Below the pieces are notes generated by a model. It did not search any database, was not told the origin of the DNA, and saw only the letters and a list, made by a program, of their open reading frames with translations. Made by a program: the position numbers and the translations under genes. A stretch of 37,305 nucleotides of DNA from a virus: the IMG/VR virus record IMGVR_UViG_3300002061_000001. One strand, written 5' to 3'. Shown here piece after piece: positions 1 to 7,884 of this stretch. The first letter of the stretch is position 1. Each line of letters begins with the position of its first letter.

Positions 1-49
1 AGGCTCTATCTGTTGCCCTAAGTATCATAAAAGAGACTAAGGCGACCGA
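1..49. repeat. Terminal direct repeat, copy 1 (identical to 37257-37305). Either a circular-closure overlap of the assembly or terminal redundancy.
   Basis: Read directly: aggctctatctgttgccctaagtatcataaaagagactaaggcgaccga occurs at both window ends. Confidence 0.95.
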
Positions 50-497
50 GGCGAAGATTGTTCTTTATAACGGCTTAGCGTTTGATTTTAAGATCGGCGA
101 GAGCACTGTTTACGGAAAGCTCATAGATGGCACTTTTCCCGCTTACGAGAACGTCATACCAAACAACACCAAAAAGACAAGCTATGACGCGGGCGAATTT
201 GCTGAAATTTTACCCGATATTGCTTTGCTCACAAAAATCGCGGGCGGCGACAGGCCGATCATAGGCGTAAAGAATGGCGACGCGAGCCCGTGCGGCGCTG
301 TTAAGTCGGTGACCAAGGTCGGGCACTCGATCTATAGGGTAAAATTTAAGCCCGACGTTGAGATCGGTTTCAATTTAAAGTATGCGGCCGAGGTTTGTTC
401 GGGTGTTGCGTATTACGGTTCACCGTCTGACCCGATCTTAATCGAAGATCGTCGAGGCATTAAAAAAACGGCGGTTCTTATGCCGCTCAGAATGTAG
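1..497 (+). CDS. dnaN: DNA polymerase III beta (sliding clamp) homologue, C-terminal part. Same gene as 36806..37305, joined through the 49-bp overlap.
   Basis: Open frame from the codon at base 3 to TAG 495-497. GKLIDGTFPAYENVIPNN and the C-terminal AVLMPLRM resemble the clamp signatures G(K/R)FPDY..V(I/L)P and VVMPMRL. Confidence 0.8.
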   Translation, partial: ALSVALSIIKETKATEAKIVLYNGLAFDFKIGESTVYGKLIDGTFPAYENVIPNNTKKTSYDAGEFAEILPDIALLTKIAGGDRPIIGVKNGDASPCGAVKSVTKVGHSIYRVKFKPDVEIGFNLKYAAEVCSGVAYYGSPSDPILIEDRRGIKKTAVLMPLRM

Positions 498-512
498 AAA
501 GGATACATCGAC

Positions 513-689
513 ATGACTGAAAAAATAGTTTTTCACCCTCACCCGTCTTTTGGGTTTTTGACAAAGGCTGAGTTTAATCAAATGCACAACGCGTGCCCTG
601 TTCAAGGGCTCGGCCGAAAGAAAGAGCTCGTCAAGCTCGCCAACGCGAGAAAAAAAGCATATCTCGCCTCTAAGAGAAAGAAGAAATAA
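513..689 (+). CDS. Hypothetical small basic protein (58 aa, below the ORF-track cutoff).
   Basis: ATG 513 preceded by aaagga, TAA 687-689. It fills the gap between the clamp stop and the next ATG (691). Lys/Arg-rich C-terminus ARKKAYLASKRKKK. Confidence 0.5.
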   Translation: MTEKIVFHPHPSFGFLTKAEFNQMHNACPVQGLGRKKELVKLANARKKAYLASKRKKK

Positions 690-690
690 A

Positions 691-1167
691 ATGGCCGACA
701 GTCTATTTTTAGCAAGCCGACGAGCCGAAGTGCTTGAAAGCGCAACTGGTAAAGGGTGCGTATGCCCCGTATGCGATCAATTTGTCAAAGCGTATAAGAG
801 GCGAATCACCTCAAGCGCGGCGGCGGGTCTGATCTGGTCTTTCTCTCGATACGGCATAAATCAGCCGTTTCATATTCGCGACATGGCAAAATCTCTCGGG
901 CTTACGAGCACGGGCGATTTCGCAAAGCTCAGGTTTTGGGGTTTGATTGATGAAGTGCCGCACGTCGAGGGCGAGGACGGCAAAAAGCACGGCGGCCAGT
1001 GGGTAATCACCAAGAACGGCGAGCTCTTTGTTCGCAATATGCTCACCGTGCGAGAGTATTTCGTTTTTTACAACAACAAGATCATTGATAAGTCGGCCGA
1101 GAGCGTGAGCATTAAGGACGCGCTTAAGCAAAAGTTTGACTATAATGACCTCATGAAGGGGGTTTGA
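691..1167 (+). CDS. Hypothetical protein with an N-terminal CxxC.
   Basis: 158-aa ORF with ATG start, one base after the preceding stop. CVCPVCDQ motif. No family recognised. Confidence 0.7.
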   Translation: MADSLFLASRRAEVLESATGKGCVCPVCDQFVKAYKRRITSSAAAGLIWSFSRYGINQPFHIRDMAKSLGLTSTGDFAKLRFWGLIDEVPHVEGEDGKKHGGQWVITKNGELFVRNMLTVREYFVFYNNKIIDKSAESVSIKDALKQKFDYNDLMKGV

Positions 1168-1169
1168 TT

Positions 1170-1394
1170 ATGAGTGACGGTACGGACAAAACAGAGGTCG
1201 AGCTCGAGCCTCGTATGCTATCGAGCAACAAAAAAGCTCAGGCGTTTTTTATGGGCGAGCTTGACGAAAATGATCGCGAGGTTTGGGTCTGGTTGCCCCT
1301 TTCTCAAATTGAAGTCGAGCCGCTAAAGCAAGGCTCTAAAACGGTTACGGTTACTTTGCCCGAGTGGTTGGCCATCAATAAAGAGCTCGTTTGA
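1170..1394 (+). CDS. Hypothetical protein.
   Basis: The track ORF starts at TTG 1164. ATG 1170 lies 7 nt after gaaggggg and is preferred. Confidence 0.65.
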   Translation: MSDGTDKTEVELEPRMLSSNKKAQAFFMGELDENDREVWVWLPLSQIEVEPLKQGSKTVTVTLPEWLAINKELV

Positions 1395-1425
1395 AAATAA
1401 ATTAAAAAAAAGTTTGTTGAGTATG

Positions 1426-1454
1426 TTGACATTATCAATATGTTTCTATATATT
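1426..1454 (+). promoter_or_regulatory. Sigma70-type promoter: TTGACA-17 nt-TATATT.
   Basis: TTGACA 1426-1431, 17-nt spacer, TATATT 1449-1454, in an A/T-rich 114-nt gap upstream of ATG 1509. Confidence 0.6.
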
Positions 1455-1508
1455 AAGATTATGAGTTGAGGGAATAGCCCCCGACAAAAAAGCAAGAAAG
1501 GCTTACAA

Positions 1509-1715
1509 ATGACACAGACAATCAAAAACGGTTCTTACGGCGGCACTATTTCAGAGCAGAGCGACGGCCTCTTTCGCGTATTCTTTTTATACAATATGGA
1601 TAACCCGACACACTTTCATAGTAACGGCGATATATGGGATATGAAACTTTATAAGTCGGCAAAGACTGCCGCTAAAAAAATCAAGGCTTTTATAGCTCAA
1701 CAAACACAATCTTAA
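1509..1715 (+). CDS. Hypothetical protein.
   Basis: 68-aa ORF, ATG preceded by agaaagg, first gene after the promoter. Confidence 0.65.
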   Translation: MTQTIKNGSYGGTISEQSDGLFRVFFLYNMDNPTHFHSNGDIWDMKLYKSAKTAAKKIKAFIAQQTQS

Positions 1716-1723
1716 CCAACGGG

Positions 1724-1743
1724 CGGCGGCGATCGTGCCGCCG
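1724..1743 (+). promoter_or_regulatory. GC-rich hairpin (CGGCGGC-gatcgt-GCCGCCG) between genes. Possible attenuator or RNA-stability element.
   Basis: 7-bp perfect stem read directly. No downstream U-tract, so it is not a canonical terminator. Confidence 0.4.
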
Positions 1744-1770
1744 TCTCACTCAAATTATAAGGCTGAAAAA

Positions 1771-2118
1771 ATGACACAATTTGAAAAATCAGAACATACA
1801 CCTAGCCCTTGGTATAACATAGACGGGCTGATCGCTTTAGGTGATGCGCCGTGCGAAAATACAGGACAACCGCCTGAGCGCATTGCTTTGATTATGAGCG
1901 ACGCGACGTGCGAAAAAGAAAGACAGGCCAACGCCGACATTGTCGCCGCGTCGCCTGACTTGCTCGAGGTCGCTCAGCTCGCTCACGAATTTCTTAACAG
2001 CTTGCCCGAGGGTTGGCTTGCTCACACGAGCGCCGACATAGGAAAGCTCAACGATTTTTATCTCGCCTCTCGCAAGGTGCAACACATTGTCGATCTCGAG
2101 AAAGGTAAACGACCATGA
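1771..2118 (+). CDS. Hypothetical protein.
   Basis: The track start is GTG 1735, inside the hairpin. ATG 1771 is preceded by aaggctgaaaaa. Contains TPSPW...ANADIVAASPDLLE, a pattern I recall from uncharacterised phage proteins. Confidence 0.65.
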   Translation: MTQFEKSEHTPSPWYNIDGLIALGDAPCENTGQPPERIALIMSDATCEKERQANADIVAASPDLLEVAQLAHEFLNSLPEGWLAHTSADIGKLNDFYLASRKVQHIVDLEKGKRP

Positions 2119-2348
2119 ATAAGCAAAGACGCAAATCGCTATCGGATATTTCGGAGCAAATAACAGTTCTGGCAAGTCAAGTCGAAAACCTCAAAGATGA
2201 AGAAGAGGAATACGCCGAAAATATGCCTGAGAATATGCACTACACGAGCGAAAAACACGACCGCGCTTGTGAGGTTGTTGACAGCCTCGACAATGCCGTG
2301 ACCTCTCTTGAGGAAGCTGTATCAGAGATCGACGAGGCGGCTCAATGA
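2115..2348 (+). CDS. Hypothetical acidic protein.
   Basis: 77 aa with an ATGA start/stop overlap with the upstream gene. Very Glu/Asp-rich. Confidence 0.7.
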   Translation: MNKQRRKSLSDISEQITVLASQVENLKDEEEEYAENMPENMHYTSEKHDRACEVVDSLDNAVTSLEEAVSEIDEAAQ

Positions 2349-2554
2349 ATGAGTTTAACGAATTACGCCATGAGTGCGGCTTTACCAAGTGCGGCGCGGC
2401 GCGTTTTTTAAGCGTGAGCACGTCCTCGGTAAACAAGTGGTGCTCGGGTTCGCGTGAGTGCCCTGAGAGCGTCCTCGGTGAAATGAGGGCTTTTAGCAGG
2501 GTAATAAATCAAACCAAGTATGAAAACGAAAGAAAGAGAAACAATGAAACATAA
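2345..2554 (+). CDS. XRE/Cro-like helix-turn-helix protein.
   Basis: ATGA overlap with the upstream gene. CGFTKCGAARFLSVSTSSVNKWCSG fits the HTH_XRE pattern (helix-turn-helix followed by W). Confidence 0.6.
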   Translation: MNEFNELRHECGFTKCGAARFLSVSTSSVNKWCSGSRECPESVLGEMRAFSRVINQTKYENERKRNNET

Positions 2555-3080
2555 AATATTAATAGGCGCGGCGCTTGTCGCATTGATGCCAACACAAACA
2601 GCGGCTCACCCCGCGCTCAAGGCGGTCACGTTCTTTGGTGAGCCCGCTCTCGGGTTTATCGGTCTCGATATAGCGACCAACTCTTTGACAGGCGGCAAGC
2701 ATGGCTTGACGGTGTCCGAGGACGACGGGTTCACGATGGCCAAGGGTGACGCGGCCGCAACACAAAGATGCGCTATGTGGGACGCTTGGTTCTCGTTTTA
2801 TGATGTTCTCTTTTTTAACCCGTTCGGCGCGTCTCATGAGGTTTTTAGATCGCTTGAGACCGACGAGGCTATTCTCGGGCATTGCGAGCGTTGGTTCTTG
2901 CATGGAAGCGGCACGCTTGACGAGCTGAGAGCTGTTGCGCGATCGGGCGGCGATATTAAGGCCGCGTATTGTGAGGCTGATAGAGCTCAGCCTTTGAGAA
3001 ACTTTGATCATATCTGTTATGGTGCGCCCGCTCACAAAGTGCCGCGCTCGCCGTTTGTTGATCGCAAGTATAACGATTAA
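2544..3080 (+). CDS. Secreted or periplasmic protein (signal peptide), function unknown.
   Basis: MKHKILIGAALVALMPTQTAAHP is a Sec-type signal (n-region, hydrophobic core, A-x-A-like site). Alternative upstream ATG at 2520. Confidence 0.65.
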   Translation: MKHKILIGAALVALMPTQTAAHPALKAVTFFGEPALGFIGLDIATNSLTGGKHGLTVSEDDGFTMAKGDAAATQRCAMWDAWFSFYDVLFFNPFGASHEVFRSLETDEAILGHCERWFLHGSGTLDELRAVARSGGDIKAAYCEADRAQPLRNFDHICYGAPAHKVPRSPFVDRKYND

Positions 3081-3089
3081 GGGGCTGTC

Positions 3090-3341
3090 ATGCTTTCAAG
3101 GGTAACGCTAATCGCCGACGGTGACCAAGAGGTCGAGATTTTTAAGGCTGTAAAAGAAGATGCTAAGATTGTCGGCCGCGAGCTCAACAAGGTTAAAGGG
3201 CTCAAGACGACAGCAAGTACGTCAATCGCTCTCGTGCTAATTGCGGCCGTGCAAGCAAAAGAGTCTGGCCATATAACGCGAGATGGGTTCTTAGAGCTTT
3301 CCGCCCGAATGTGGGACAGCGTCAAGCGAGAGGTAAATTGA
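3090..3341 (+). CDS. Hypothetical protein.
   Basis: 83-aa ORF, ATG preceded by aagggg. Confidence 0.65.
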   Translation: MLSRVTLIADGDQEVEIFKAVKEDAKIVGRELNKVKGLKTTASTSIALVLIAAVQAKESGHITRDGFLELSARMWDSVKREVN

Positions 3342-3343
3342 TT

Positions 3344-3616
3344 ATGCCTATCGTTGGTGATTATGATCGGTCAAAACTTACTATGAAAATGACCATGCAC
3401 ATGAGAATGTCTCACGGCTATATTTACAACCGTGATATTATTTTAGGCGACACGGTGGTCGCAACACATACGAGCGGCAAAGATAAAGATGGTCACTTCT
3501 CTGAAATAAAGCTCGGTGACAAGGTTTACGACTGTTGTGTTGATAGTGAGCACCAAAAAGCATTAAACGCGCTTGACGAGCATTGTCGGGCGATTTTAGA
3601 GAAAGAGAAAAAATGA
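3344..3616 (+). CDS. Hypothetical protein.
   Basis: The track start is GTG 3311. ATG 3344 follows the upstream stop (3339-3341) directly. Confidence 0.6.
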   Translation: MPIVGDYDRSKLTMKMTMHMRMSHGYIYNRDIILGDTVVATHTSGKDKDGHFSEIKLGDKVYDCCVDSEHQKALNALDEHCRAILEKEKK

Positions 3617-4038
3617 GTAGTGGTTTAAAAAATATTGCGGGGGCAAATATGCACCTTGCGGCGTTTCAAAGAATAATGAACGAGGTCGTGCAAGCGCTTC
3701 CTAAGAACGCGCCGTTGCCTGATACGTTTATTCATGATTGCGACATGGTGTTCGATGCTCTCGATTATCCTGAGATCAATGCGCCCGCTGTCGTTGATCG
3801 CAAAGTGTTGTTTGTGACCGATAGCCGACTTTATTTCGAGCACCTCTCAGGACACGACGACGGTGACTTTTGCGTGTGGTATTTTTGGGCGGCTCAAGAG
3901 CCTGACCAATTCACAAAATATGACGTTTTGCTCTTGGATATTTCGCGCCCCGAGACGGTCGATGTTGAGGGATTTCGCGACAAGGTCAGTATGTTTCAAT
4001 CTCGCGTAAAAAGCGACGGCAAGGTGATAGAGGTTTAA
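3613..4038 (+). CDS. Hypothetical protein.
   Basis: ATG 3613 overlaps TGA 3614-3616 (ATGA coupling). 141 aa. Confidence 0.65.
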   Translation: MSSGLKNIAGANMHLAAFQRIMNEVVQALPKNAPLPDTFIHDCDMVFDALDYPEINAPAVVDRKVLFVTDSRLYFEHLSGHDDGDFCVWYFWAAQEPDQFTKYDVLLLDISRPETVDVEGFRDKVSMFQSRVKSDGKVIEV

Positions 4039-4217
4039 TGTTTTACGTTGGTCAAAAATGGATAAAGCCCGACGGCTCGATTGTTGAGGTCACTGAGTTT
4101 GCTGTCGGCCATGTTGCGTTTAAGAGCCCCGAGGGCACGGGCGCAATGTCTCGGCGCAGGTTTAAGGCCGCGATCGAGGTTGGCGAGTTTGAATTGTTAG
4201 AAGAGAGAGAGGATTAA
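4038..4217 (+). CDS. Hypothetical protein (59 aa, below the ORF-track cutoff).
   Basis: ATG 4038 overlaps TAA 4036-4038 (TAATG), TAA 4215-4217. It exactly fills the gap before ATG 4219. Confidence 0.55.
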   Translation: MFYVGQKWIKPDGSIVEVTEFAVGHVAFKSPEGTGAMSRRRFKAAIEVGEFELLEERED

Positions 4218-4218
4218 T

Positions 4219-4416
4219 ATGCCTAAGTTTATGGTGTTGTCGGTGTCTGATAAAAGCGAGAGCGATCAGCCGCGCTATGATTTATTTATGGATATTGAGG
4301 CCGAAGATATAAGCGAGGCTTGCGATAAGTTTGAGAGCAAGTTTAGCAATGACGGGTCTGTTATTATTGTCGAGGTTCGCGCTGAGACGGTTCATGTTTT
4401 ACAAGAGGTTGAGTAA
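4219..4416 (+). CDS. Hypothetical acidic protein.
   Basis: 65-aa ORF. Its stop overlaps the next start (TAATG). Confidence 0.6.
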   Translation: MPKFMVLSVSDKSESDQPRYDLFMDIEAEDISEACDKFESKFSNDGSVIIVEVRAETVHVLQEVE

Positions 4417-5111
4417 TGGCTGAAACACCACAAACCTATGTTTTGCGCGTGATCGATTTTGAGACGACAGGTTTTAAGAGCGAGGACGATAAGCATTGCG
4501 TCGTTGAGGCGGCTTACATTGACCTTGACCCTGCTGATCAAAAGATCAAAGGCGAGTATCAGGCGCTTGTTCGGCCGACGTGTCAAATGAGCCCGATTGC
4601 TCAGGCCGTACACCATATCTCATACGAGGAAGCGGACACGAACGGCTTGCCTTGGGATAATGTGAGCTCGGCTGTATATCAAAGCACGGCCGACCGCGTG
4701 ATCTTTGTTGCGCATAACGCCTCTTTTGAGCGTGATTTTTTTGACCCTGTAAACGCTTTGTGGATTGATACTTATAAGGTTGCCCTCAAGCTATACCCCG
4801 ATGCGCCTAAGCATACGAATCAGGCGCTCAAATATATTCTCGGTATCGTTGATAGAGAAGAGCACCACCCACCGCATAGAGCCTTGCCTGACTGCCGCGT
4901 GACCGCTTTGATATTACTCAAGATGATGCAAAAAATAACAGTGCGCGAGATGGTCGAGATCACAAAACAGCCGCCGTATTTGACGTTTATGCCCTTTGGT
5001 AAGCATAGAGGCGAGCGCATGGACGACTTGCCGCCTGACTATGTGCAATGGCTGTCAAGACAGGACGGTATTGACGAGGGCGTTAAAGCCGCGATTGCGA
5101 GGTTAAAGTGA
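4416..5111 (+). CDS. DEDDh 3'-5' exonuclease (DnaQ/ExoX-like) with a C-terminal DUF3820-like tail.
   Basis: Exo I RVIDFETTG, Exo II FVAHNASFERDFF, Exo III HHPPHRALPDCRVTA. C-terminal FMPFGKHRGERMDDLPPDYVQWL. Confidence 0.8.
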   Translation: MAETPQTYVLRVIDFETTGFKSEDDKHCVVEAAYIDLDPADQKIKGEYQALVRPTCQMSPIAQAVHHISYEEADTNGLPWDNVSSAVYQSTADRVIFVAHNASFERDFFDPVNALWIDTYKVALKLYPDAPKHTNQALKYILGIVDREEHHPPHRALPDCRVTALILLKMMQKITVREMVEITKQPPYLTFMPFGKHRGERMDDLPPDYVQWLSRQDGIDEGVKAAIARLK

Positions 5112-5326
5112 GTGAGATTGAAGAAATTAGAGAGACCGAGGGCAATAGCGAAGAGGCTATTATGTCTTATATCGAAAACGCCAACAGCAGGGGGGTAAAT
5201 GCCCTTGAGCTGTTTATCTCTCAGAGCCTTACAAAGACCTCTATGATCAGCGCCGATAAGGCTGAGTTTTATACGCTCTTGCGATCGTTTTTTTTTGGTC
5301 TATATGTCAGCAAAAAAAGAGGGTGA
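5108..5326 (+). CDS. Hypothetical protein.
   Basis: GTG start overlapping the upstream TGA (GTGA). 72 aa. Confidence 0.5.
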   Translation: MSEIEEIRETEGNSEEAIMSYIENANSRGVNALELFISQSLTKTSMISADKAEFYTLLRSFFFGLYVSKKRG

Positions 5327-5328
5327 CG

Positions 5329-5685
5329 ATGCCTAGAGAGAAAACATGGTCGCTTAAGCGCACGGTGCAATGCAAAAAATGCCCTTGGAAAAAGAGCACC
5401 AACCCGCATGAGATACCGAGAGGATATAGCGTCGACCGCCATAAAGCGCTCGAGAGAACGATTGCAGATACGGCCGACCCTTTTGACCTAAAGCCTAATA
5501 TGGCGTGTCACGAGGAACATGAGGCGCATTGTGTAGGGTGGTTAGATAATCAGCTCGGTCGCGGCAACAATATCCCGTTGCGTATGCAAATGATGTCTTG
5601 TGCTAATGCGGGCGATATTAGAACGATAGGCGAGCAACATGAGAGCTTTGCCGACACTTTACCGAAAGAGGCTGACTACGCTTAA
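5329..5685 (+). CDS. Cys/His-rich hypothetical protein (DUF6283-like by recollection).
   Basis: ATG 5329 lies 5 nt after aaagaggg (the track start is GTG 5323). CKKCPW...ACHEEHEAHCVGW motif. Confidence 0.6.
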   Translation: MPREKTWSLKRTVQCKKCPWKKSTNPHEIPRGYSVDRHKALERTIADTADPFDLKPNMACHEEHEAHCVGWLDNQLGRGNNIPLRMQMMSCANAGDIRTIGEQHESFADTLPKEADYA

Positions 5686-6340
5686 AGACAAAGCTATATG
5701 CAAAATAGAAGATGATCGTATTGAGGGTTACACTCAGCGGCAACGCGGCGGCTCAACTCAGGTTTTTTATAAGGGTAGCGACCCGCGTGATTTTGAGAGG
5801 TATAGAAAAGAGGGCGGCGGGGTTATGCCTAACATAGAGATGCACCTAAAGCCCGACACGATAGAGATCGAGCCGCCTGTTGTCAGTTATTACGCTGAGC
5901 TTATCGATGGCGTTTGGTGGTGGGTAAATGGTTGCTCTGAGTGCAACGGCCGACCGCGTGCCTCTTGGAAAAGTTATATTGAGTGCGACAAGCACAACGT
6001 ATGCCGATCATGTGGTTGTTCTCGTCAAGAGCTGACCGAGCCGCCTTATGGTGGTTCGAGCGGTTGGATATGTAAGCCGTGCGCCAAGATTGAGCACGAT
6101 AGAGAAAAAGCTATCGCTTTGGCCGCTATGCCTGATCACTTTACGCCTTGGGATTATCACGGCCTATATGATGTTAAATGCCCTTATTGTGATTATAAAT
6201 TCTCGGATTGTAGCGATCACCTAGAGGCCGACAGCCATAAAGAAGAGTGCCCGAGGTGTGATAATGTGTTCGAGGTTACAGCCGATCACAGCGTGACGTT
6301 TGATTGTTCGCGCATAGAAGAGAAAGAGAGGGGCGAATGA
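5639..6340 (+). CDS. Multi-CxxC zinc-binding-type protein, function unknown.
   Basis: At least five CxxC pairs (CSEC, CRSC, CKPC, CPYC, CPRC). ATG 5639 overlaps the upstream gene by 47 nt. An alternative ATG at 5825 would leave a 139-nt gap. Confidence 0.6.
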   Translation: MRALPTLYRKRLTTLKDKAICKIEDDRIEGYTQRQRGGSTQVFYKGSDPRDFERYRKEGGGVMPNIEMHLKPDTIEIEPPVVSYYAELIDGVWWWVNGCSECNGRPRASWKSYIECDKHNVCRSCGCSRQELTEPPYGGSSGWICKPCAKIEHDREKAIALAAMPDHFTPWDYHGLYDVKCPYCDYKFSDCSDHLEADSHKEECPRCDNVFEVTADHSVTFDCSRIEEKERGE

Positions 6341-6708
6341 TTTATTTTATATACGACCCTCAAGACAGCGTTATGACGTATCGTTCAGAGGCCGAGTTTA
6401 TTCAGGCTATGAGCGACTTTGATTTTATGGGGCGATATTGTGATGATGGTTGGTCGCCCGAGGTCGAAAATGTGATTGCGGGTTATGCGCCTTTAGCGTG
6501 GCAAGGTGAGAGCAATTCTCACGCGAGCTTTGTCGAAGAGTGTGACTATTATGCAACATATCAAACACATACGGCGACGATGTTCGATAAGGTAGACCGC
6601 CCCGACGACGCTGAGCTTGATGAAGATGGTCAATGCGAGAACGGTTTATATTGGGGTGAGTTTGACCATGTGTGCAATTACAGGTTTGAGAAAATAGAGA
6701 AAGGTTAA
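6337..6708 (+). CDS. Hypothetical acidic protein.
   Basis: ATG 6337 overlaps TGA 6338-6340, RBS agagagggg. The track start TTG 6304 is less likely. Confidence 0.65.
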   Translation: MIYFIYDPQDSVMTYRSEAEFIQAMSDFDFMGRYCDDGWSPEVENVIAGYAPLAWQGESNSHASFVEECDYYATYQTHTATMFDKVDRPDDAELDEDGQCENGLYWGEFDHVCNYRFEKIEKG

Positions 6709-6712
6709 AACT

Positions 6713-7066
6713 ATGGGCAACACGATAAAGATAAAGCGTCATAGGCTTGTTTTGGATTGGTTTGAGATCGATGATTACGAGATTGACCTCGACGAAAACC
6801 CGCGCTTTGAGATACAGTGCCGAGGCGCTAATTTAGGCGATTGGTATATCATAGGCTATAAGAGGGGCGACAAAGGTTTTCTCGTGCAAGACACCATGCT
6901 CTCGTTTAACCTGAGCAAGCCTTGGGTCAGCGTGTACTTGCTCAAAGACAGGATATTAAAATTCTCAACAAAAAAAAGGAACGGCTTTACGCGACAGCTT
7001 ATCAAATTGATGGCCGCTGTCGATAATTACGAGAACAGCCTGATAGAAGAAGAGGCGAGAGCATGA
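6713..7066 (+). CDS. Hypothetical protein.
   Basis: 117-aa ORF, ATG preceded by gagaaagg. Confidence 0.65.
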   Translation: MGNTIKIKRHRLVLDWFEIDDYEIDLDENPRFEIQCRGANLGDWYIIGYKRGDKGFLVQDTMLSFNLSKPWVSVYLLKDRILKFSTKKRNGFTRQLIKLMAAVDNYENSLIEEEARA

Positions 7067-7275
7067 CGCTCAGGTGCGACAATTGCGGCAAGTTTAGGCG
7101 CAGGATTGATATTAATGGTGTATGGGGTGAGGGCTATGAGACATGGAACGAGTGTCGCATATGCTACCCCCGCAATTTTATAGCTTCGGACGTTTCGCGG
7201 GTTAGTAAAAATATATCTATGGCGTGCGTTTACTTTAAGACACTGTTAAGGATTTCTCGCTATACTGAGACATAG
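7063..7275 (+). CDS. Small zinc-ribbon-like protein.
   Basis: ATGA overlap with the upstream gene. CDNC...18 aa...CRIC. Confidence 0.55.
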   Translation: MTLRCDNCGKFRRRIDINGVWGEGYETWNECRICYPRNFIASDVSRVSKNISMACVYFKTLLRISRYTET

Positions 7276-7305
7276 GCAAGCACCCCTTGCCCCGTTTAAC
7301 TATAA

Positions 7306-7330
7306 CCCCGCCTCGTGCGGGGCTTTTTTT
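7306..7330 (+). terminator. Rho-independent terminator ending the early/middle operon.
   Basis: CCCCGC-ctcgt-GCGGGG stem-loop followed by C and T7 (7324-7330). Confidence 0.8.
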
Positions 7331-7408
7331 GAGAGGCGCGACACCCCCGAGAAAAGGCCAAGAGACACGAGACGGGCACAATAAAAGCATAGGTATTTAA
7401 TCCTATTA

Positions 7409-7438
7409 TAGACATAGTCGATATTTTAGGGGTATAAT
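7409..7438 (+). promoter_or_regulatory. Promoter of the packaging/structural (late) operon: TAGACA-18 nt-TATAAT.
   Basis: TAGACA 7409-7414 and perfect TATAAT 7433-7438, 36 nt upstream of the terS ATG and downstream of the terminator. Confidence 0.6.
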
Positions 7439-7473
7439 GACGAATACTTTACCCCCTATAAAAAGAGGATTCA

Positions 7474-7881
7474 ATGTCAGACGGTAAACGAGGCTTGTAT
7501 AATGAGCACAAGAGAGACGAGAGTGTCGCCCTTGAGGTTGTCTCTATGGCCGAGAGTGGCGTGCCTCAAAAGATGATGGCAAAAAGCCTCGGTATGAGCC
7601 CCAAGACATTACGAAAGCATTACAGGGCTGAGCTTGATACGGCTATGGTTTTGCGCATACAAGAGGTTGCGGGTGCTCTATTCGCCAACGCTAAGGGCGG
7701 TGATACGACGGCTCAAATCTTCTTTCTGAAAACACAGGCCAAATGGACGGCCGACGCATTGCCCGAGGATATGCTCGACGATGGTGATTACGATTTCACA
7801 AAACTCAGCGACGACGATGTTGCGACAATGACTGAGATCATGGAACGCGCCCGTGTCGACACCGCAACCGAGGACGCTTAA
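7474..7881 (+). CDS. terS: Terminase small subunit.
   Basis: Lies immediately upstream of terL. N-terminal HTH (GVPQKMMAKSLGMSPKTLRKHY) and a GGDTTAQIFFLKTQAKW motif typical of small terminases. Confidence 0.7.
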   Translation: MSDGKRGLYNEHKRDESVALEVVSMAESGVPQKMMAKSLGMSPKTLRKHYRAELDTAMVLRIQEVAGALFANAKGGDTTAQIFFLKTQAKWTADALPEDMLDDGDYDFTKLSDDDVATMTEIMERARVDTATEDA

Positions 7882-7884
7882 CTC

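Noticed and set aside
6970-6977. A8 run (and the T9 run at 5288-5296) considered as additional programmed frameshift sites.
   Set aside because: No extended ORF opens in the -1 or +1 frame downstream of either run. They encode KKR and FFF within ordinary ORFs, and could at most be homopolymer sequencing-error hotspots.
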